A stretch of DNA of 64,000 nucleotides from Candidatus Moraniibacteriota bacterium. Lineage in GTDB: Bacteria > Patescibacteriota > Minisyncoccia > Moranbacterales > UBA1568. The DNA lies in contig CP064974.1 of assembly GCA_016699385.1 (NCBI GenBank), positions 404,466 through 468,465 on the forward strand, read 5' to 3'. Below the pieces are notes generated by a model. The model was given only the letters and a program-made list of their open reading frames with translations, was not told the DNA's origin and ran no database searches. Shown piece after piece: positions 58,662 through 64,000 of the stretch; within the stretch, counting starts at the first letter, position 1; each line of letters begins with the position of its first letter. The position numbers and the translations under genes were made by a program.

Positions 58662-59809
58662 ACATTCTTGTATTTTCGCCATTTTATCCGCCACATATTG
58701 GTGGGCTCGAATCGCATGCCTATGAATTTAATCAGCACATTGCAAAACACAACATACATATTTCCGTCTTCACTCCAAAATTACCTCTCAACACCATGGA
58801 GGAAGAACATCAGTCCGAAAATATCTCTATTTATCGATTTCCTGCTTTCGAAATAATACACAACTACCCCGTCCCAAAACTCTGGTCTCCAACGCTGTGG
58901 AAGCTTCTTAAGAAATCAATAACTTCTCAGCCGAATATCGTCATTTCCCGTACAAGATTTTTTAGTACATCGATTTTTGCATACTTCTTCGCAAAGATAC
59001 AGAAAATTCCACTCATTCATATAGAACACGGTTCTGACTATGTACACTTCAATAGCCAACTTAAAACACTTCTCGGAGCTTGTTATGATCGCATATTTGG
59101 ACGATTTATACTTCGCCATGCAAACACCGTTATTGCAAATTCGAAAGCCTCTGCGGCATTTGTAAGGAAACTCTCTGGACGAACTGCTGCAATAATATAC
59201 CGCGGAGTCGAAATTAGTGCTATCCTATCTTGCGAGACTGCCAATCATAGCCCTCTTCCAAAAAGCAATGCATGTACTATTGGATTTGTTGGCAGACTCA
59301 TCGATGGAAAAGGCGTCAACCTTCTCCTAGAAGCTATCTCAAACATTAAAGGGAGAAATTTCTGTTGTCTTATCATTGGAGATGGTCCAGAACGACATCG
59401 TCTTGAATCATTCGCGCAAAAGAATCTCCTTTCTCAATGTATTCGCTTTCTTGGTCATAAGGACCACAGCGAGGCGATTGCCATTATTAAATCGTGCGAC
59501 ATCATTGTCAATCCAAGTTTCACTGAAGGGCTCCCAACCTCCATAATTGAAGCAGCTCTCTGTAAGAAGGCTATAGTTGCCACTAATGTTGGCGGAACAT
59601 CAGAAATTATTACCGGGAATGACGATGGATTTCTTGTACCGCCAGGAAGCGTTGAAGCCATTCAAGAAAAGTTGGAGTACCTCATTGATCATCCAAATGT
59701 CCGGACACGCTTTGGTAATCACGCATTTCTCTCCACGCAGAGCGTGTTTGATTGGGAAACTTCAGTAAAAAAATACCAAAAGATATTTCAAATGGTTCTC
59801 AAAAAGTAG
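58646..59809 (+). CDS. GT4 glycosyltransferase
   Basis: The N-terminus VFSPFYPPHIGGLESH and the motif EGLPTSIIEAALCKKAIV are GT4-like. Confidence 0.8.
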   Translation: MENPLNILVFSPFYPPHIGGLESHAYEFNQHIAKHNIHISVFTPKLPLNTMEEEHQSENISIYRFPAFEIIHNYPVPKLWSPTLWKLLKKSITSQPNIVISRTRFFSTSIFAYFFAKIQKIPLIHIEHGSDYVHFNSQLKTLLGACYDRIFGRFILRHANTVIANSKASAAFVRKLSGRTAAIIYRGVEISAILSCETANHSPLPKSNACTIGFVGRLIDGKGVNLLLEAISNIKGRNFCCLIIGDGPERHRLESFAQKNLLSQCIRFLGHKDHSEAIAIIKSCDIIVNPSFTEGLPTSIIEAALCKKAIVATNVGGTSEIITGNDDGFLVPPGSVEAIQEKLEYLIDHPNVRTRFGNHAFLSTQSVFDWETSVKKYQKIFQMVLKK

Positions 59810-59843
59810 TATTTTTATTCTCATTCCCGAATCAACCTTACCT

Positions 59844-61733
59844 ATGTGCGGAATCGCTGGAAAAATCTCCCTAATAGGTCACCGTATTTCTCACAAAGAA
59901 ATCGACTGCATGACCAATGCCATAAAACACCGCGGTCCAGATGACGGAGGTGCTTATATCTCACCGGATAAGTATGTCGGACTTGGACATCGCCGTCTCT
60001 CAATTATCGATCTCTCCCTACTTGGCCACCAGCCCATGCGATATCTCAATCGTTATGAAATTGTCTTCAATGGAGAAATATACAACTTCCAAGAAAAACG
60101 AAAAGCTCTTGAACGAGATGGGTACACATTTATATCACAATCTGATACTGAAGTTATTCTTGCGCTCTACGATAAATATCGGGAAAGATGTGTAGATCAT
60201 CTTCGTGGAATGTTTGCTTTTGTCATATACGATGAAAAGGAACAGACACTTTTTGCAACGCGTGATCGCATCGGGAAGAAGCCGTTTAAATATTTCTTTG
60301 ATGGAAATACTTTTCTCTTCGCCTCTGAACTCAAAGCTATCTTAAGTCAGTCAGAATATACTCGGGAACCTGATTACGAAGCAATCCATCACTATCTTAC
60401 CCTTCAGTACGTTCCCGCACCAATGACCGGATTCAAGGGCATCAAAAAACTCGAGCCGGCACACTTTCTTCTTTTGAATCTCAAGACCAAAGAACTCACA
60501 ATAGAACGCTACTGGAAACTCAACTACTCGGAAAAGCTTGACCTTTCGGAAAACGAGTGGAAACGGCGCATCATTAAAACACTCGATGAAGCAACGCATC
60601 TTCGCATGATTGCCGATGTGCCAATCGGCGCATTCCTCTCTGGCGGCATCGACTCGAGCGCCATTGTCGCTATGATGGCAAGGCATTCACTGCAACCAAT
60701 CAAGACTTTCTCCATCGGCTTCAAGGAAGAAAAATACAATGAACTCCCCTACGCTAGGATGATTGCAAAAAGGTTCAAGACTGACCATACAGAATTCATT
60801 GTCGAGCCAAATGCAATCGAAGTTCTCCCAATGCTCGTCAGACAGTACGAAGAGCCCTACGCCGATTCAAGTGCACTCCCAACCTATTATGTGTCAAAAC
60901 TTACCCGCGAGCACGTAACTGTAGCATTGAACGGCGATGGCGGTGATGAAAATTTCGCCGGGTATACCCGCTATGCCGCCTTTCAAATTTCAAATTTCCT
61001 CAATCATTTTGACTTTCTAAACCGAATCGCCGGAAAGTCAATCACAAAATTCCTCGCTCGAAATATTCAAAACACATTTTTCGACCGACTCCATCGATTT
61101 TCCAAAAGCTTGTCTGAAGACTACCGCCGCCGATATCTCTCTTACACCGCCTATTTCACCAATGAACAAAAGGCGGCTCTCTACACAGACGAATTCAAAC
61201 AACAAGTCTGGAGCGAAGATACCTACAATATCATAGCTTCCCACTTCCTCGGATCCGGCTCAAAAAATAAAACGGAACAAGCTATATACGCCGATATCGC
61301 AACATATCTCCCCGAAGATCTTCTTGCAAAAGTAGACGTCGCCACCATGACAGTCGCCCTTGAGGGACGATCCCCATTCCTTGACCACCAGCTTCTCGAG
61401 CTCACAGCAAAAATCCCCTTTCACTTCAAGCTAAAAAGCTTGAATAATAAAAAGTATATTCTGAAAGAGGCGCTTCGTGGTATCATTCCGGACGAAATCC
61501 TGTTTCGTCCAAAAATGGGCTTTGGTGTTCCAATCGACACATGGTTTCGCGGCGAACTCCGCGACTATGCTTCCGCTAAACTCCTCAGTGGGAATCTCGT
61601 GAAACGAAACCTCTTCAAAAAATCAGCCATCGAAAAGATTCTCCATACACACACCACGACAACTATTAATTTCTCCCCTCATATCTGGGCACTCCTCACA
61701 CTAGAACTCTGGTTTGAAGAATATTTTTATTGA
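59844..61733 (+). CDS. asnB: Asparagine synthase (glutamine-hydrolysing)-family amidotransferase
   Basis: MCGIAG is the Ntn nucleophile Cys2, and SGGIDSS is the PP-loop. Confidence 0.9.
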   Translation: MCGIAGKISLIGHRISHKEIDCMTNAIKHRGPDDGGAYISPDKYVGLGHRRLSIIDLSLLGHQPMRYLNRYEIVFNGEIYNFQEKRKALERDGYTFISQSDTEVILALYDKYRERCVDHLRGMFAFVIYDEKEQTLFATRDRIGKKPFKYFFDGNTFLFASELKAILSQSEYTREPDYEAIHHYLTLQYVPAPMTGFKGIKKLEPAHFLLLNLKTKELTIERYWKLNYSEKLDLSENEWKRRIIKTLDEATHLRMIADVPIGAFLSGGIDSSAIVAMMARHSLQPIKTFSIGFKEEKYNELPYARMIAKRFKTDHTEFIVEPNAIEVLPMLVRQYEEPYADSSALPTYYVSKLTREHVTVALNGDGGDENFAGYTRYAAFQISNFLNHFDFLNRIAGKSITKFLARNIQNTFFDRLHRFSKSLSEDYRRRYLSYTAYFTNEQKAALYTDEFKQQVWSEDTYNIIASHFLGSGSKNKTEQAIYADIATYLPEDLLAKVDVATMTVALEGRSPFLDHQLLELTAKIPFHFKLKSLNNKKYILKEALRGIIPDEILFRPKMGFGVPIDTWFRGELRDYASAKLLSGNLVKRNLFKKSAIEKILHTHTTTTINFSPHIWALLTLELWFEEYFY

Positions 61734-61766
61734 TCTTATACTAAAGTTGCACTTATCATTCCCCTT

Positions 61767-62858
61767 ATGAGAGCATTCCACGCCACTTTTCTCCGAGATC
61801 CGAAAGCACTTGATTCGCCTTTACTCACGGAAACATTTGAAACATCTGGCGAACACATTGTATCTGGCATTCTCTCAAATGGAAAGAATTGGTATCCTAT
61901 AATTGGTGGCATTCCAAGGCTACTTATTGGAAAACTAAAAATAAATCTCTTGCAGATTCACCAAGAATTTCTCAGGAAATATCAAGAACAACTTCCCAAG
62001 AATGTGAAAAAAGAATGGCAGAGTGCCATAGATGCTATCCCCGATCTCAATCGGTTTTTGAAACACCAAAAGAAAACCGCTGAAAGTTTCTCCTACGAAT
62101 GGAAATATATTTACAAAGAGAATGATTACGAAAAACAGAATTTCTTCCATTTTCTCTCCCCATTTGTGGAAGAAAAAAATCTGAAAGGAAAGCAGACACT
62201 CGACATCGGATGTGGATCGGGGCGCTTTACAAAATGGGCAGCTCTTTCAGGAGCAAAGGTTGCTTTCGGAAGTGACCTAGGTGAAACAGTTGAGGTCGCC
62301 TACAAAATGACCAGGAATATTCCGAATGCTTGCATCATTCAAGCAGATATTTACCATATGCCATTTCAAGACATTTTTGACATCGCCTATTCAATTGGCG
62401 TACTTCACCATCTTCCCAAGCCACAAGAAGGATTCTCTCGACTGCCACAAGTTTTGAAGTCAGGAGGACGTATGCTTATTTGGGTGTATAATCGCCGCGG
62501 AAATGCTCGTGCACTCTATTTCTATGAGCCACTGCGTTCCCTGCTTAAAAAACTCCCAAAACCATTTCTCTTCAAGCTCTGCTATATCCCCGGATTTGCC
62601 GTGCAGAGTATTAACATCTTTGGAAAACTCATCGAAAAAATCGGGTTTGAAAGACTTTCGAAAAAGCTCCCATTCTCATACTACACAAACTTTCCCTTCA
62701 ATATGAAGCTGAACGATGCCTTCGATGTTCTCGCGACACCAAAGAGTAATTACTACTATCGTGAAGAAGTTGAAGAATGGTTTCGAAATGCAGGCCTGAA
62801 GGATACGAAAGTATACGAACACCAAGAAGCTGGCATTACTTGCACTGGCACAAAATGA
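61767..62858 (+). CDS. Class I SAM-dependent methyltransferase
   Basis: LDIGCGSGRFT is the SAM-binding motif I. Motif II/III spacing is consistent. Confidence 0.7.
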   Translation: MRAFHATFLRDPKALDSPLLTETFETSGEHIVSGILSNGKNWYPIIGGIPRLLIGKLKINLLQIHQEFLRKYQEQLPKNVKKEWQSAIDAIPDLNRFLKHQKKTAESFSYEWKYIYKENDYEKQNFFHFLSPFVEEKNLKGKQTLDIGCGSGRFTKWAALSGAKVAFGSDLGETVEVAYKMTRNIPNACIIQADIYHMPFQDIFDIAYSIGVLHHLPKPQEGFSRLPQVLKSGGRMLIWVYNRRGNARALYFYEPLRSLLKKLPKPFLFKLCYIPGFAVQSINIFGKLIEKIGFERLSKKLPFSYYTNFPFNMKLNDAFDVLATPKSNYYYREEVEEWFRNAGLKDTKVYEHQEAGITCTGTK

Positions 62859-62870
62859 TGTTTTCTTTAT

Positions 62871-64000
62871 ATGCAAAAGAAAAAGATTCTCCATATCATA
62901 CAATCACTCGGAAATGGGGGCTGTGAAAACATGCTCTTACGAACACTCCCGCTTCTCACAAGAGATTTTGAACACCACATCATTACACTTCGAGAGCTCG
63001 GCGAGCTCGGCGAGAAATTCAAAGGAAAAAACATTTCGATTGAAACAGTAGACTGGTATGGATTTTTTCACATATCCGGTTATCGCAGACTACTTAAGAA
63101 AACAAAACAATTTAGTCCTGACATCATAATCACCTACTTGTTTCACGCCGACATGATCGGTCGCATCTTTTTACAAAGAAAAGTGCCTGCATCAATCATC
63201 CCCTTTCTTCGCACTACCTACAACCATCCGAAATACCTCGTTGCGCGTATCCTCGAATGGATCACCAAACCGCTCGTCAAAAAATATCTCGCCAACTCCG
63301 AAGCCGTCAAAGATTTTTATATCAAACACATCGGCGTTCAACCAAAAAAAATCACCGTCATTCCCAATGGTCTCGATATCGAATATTTTGACTCCATTCT
63401 CCCTGATCCGGAACTTAAAAAATCTCTCGGCATCTCTCCCGACGATTTCACCATCATCTGCGTCGCCAACTTCCACGTAAACAAGGGTCACCGATACCTC
63501 CTAGAAGCTTTCGAAACGGTGTCATTGCGAAGGAGTGAATCGACCGCGACAATCCAACACCATTCCCTGAAACTTCTCCTCGTCGGCAATGGTGAAGAAC
63601 GCAAAAATCTCGAGCAACAGATTGAAACCTATCGATCAAAAAACAACATACTCTTCCTTGGTCGTCGCACCGATGTTCCGCAACTTCTCAAAATTTCCAA
63701 CTGCTTCATTCTTCCGACACTCTTCGAAGGAATGTCGAACGCCCTCATGGAAGCAATGGCAGCAGGACTTCCCATTATCACCACCGATATTCCGGAGAAC
63801 CGCCAACTCATAAAGGATGGGGAAAGTGGTATCCTTGTGTCACTAATGAACACTAGCAATCTCGTTCAAACGATGGAAAAACTGATAAACAATGCCCGGC
63901 AGAGAGAAGTCTTAGGTAAAAATGCTAAGAATCGAATATTTAAACAACTTAATATGAATATTGTCATATCAAAATTCGAGCGACTTTTGCATTCCCTCTA
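62871..64000 (+). CDS. GT4 glycosyltransferase (3' end outside window)
   Basis: This ORF is not in the supplied track; it was found by manual translation from the ATG at 62871 with no stop before the window end. N-terminal ILHIIQSLGNGGCENM and the motif EGMSNALMEAMAAGLPII are GT4-like. Confidence 0.7.
   Translation, partial: MQKKKILHIIQSLGNGGCENMLLRTLPLLTRDFEHHIITLRELGELGEKFKGKNISIETVDWYGFFHISGYRRLLKKTKQFSPDIIITYLFHADMIGRIFLQRKVPASIIPFLRTTYNHPKYLVARILEWITKPLVKKYLANSEAVKDFYIKHIGVQPKKITVIPNGLDIEYFDSILPDPELKKSLGISPDDFTIICVANFHVNKGHRYLLEAFETVSLRRSESTATIQHHSLKLLLVGNGEERKNLEQQIETYRSKNNILFLGRRTDVPQLLKISNCFILPTLFEGMSNALMEAMAAGLPIITTDIPENRQLIKDGESGILVSLMNTSNLVQTMEKLINNARQREVLGKNAKNRIFKQLNMNIVISKFERLLHSL

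Noticed and set aside
1-64000. Search for CRISPR arrays, rRNA genes, transposases or integrases
   Set aside because: No direct-repeat plus spacer periodicity was seen, no rRNA-like conserved stretches, and no DDE/tyrosine recombinase motifs. The only mobile-like signal is the compositionally distinct glycan sub-segment and the uncharacterised block, neither with recognisable mobility genes.

Overview
The window looks like a bacterial chromosomal segment, probably from a small-genome, CPR/Patescibacteria-like organism. That taxonomic guess is inference from gene content and protein style only. Clear housekeeping genes are present: tRNA-Val, rplI, pyrG, rpmA, pyrH, proS, rnhA, recJ, hpf, a murB-murC-murG-ftsW block and trmD. 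Around them sit many envelope and glycan genes. These include two tandem GT-C (PMT/ArnT-like) membrane glycosyltransferases, a membrane-anchored GH28, two GT2 polyprenyl-phosphate sugar synthase-like genes, a GH94 phosphorylase, several GT4s, an asnB-like amidotransferase and a methyltransferase. There are also several ABC systems (one GldA/GldF-GldG/DUF4340-like triad, one ABC-2 pair, one HlyD plus MacB-type ATPase), an MFS transporter and a P-type ATPase. Two loci stand out. The first is a minus-strand operon at 43957-46760 encoding a SipW-type signal peptidase with three TasA/camelysin-like proteins that carry SipW-cognate signal peptides. The second is a minus-strand block of seven tiled ORFs at 47364-51881, closed by a clear terminator and carrying almost no recognisable domains; this is the candidate undescribed system. 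An ORF-free stretch bounded by two minus-strand terminators (46926-47290) could be a small RNA. No CRISPR array, rRNA or obvious transposase was found. Coordinates of internal starts and hairpins were worked out by hand and may be off by a few bases.
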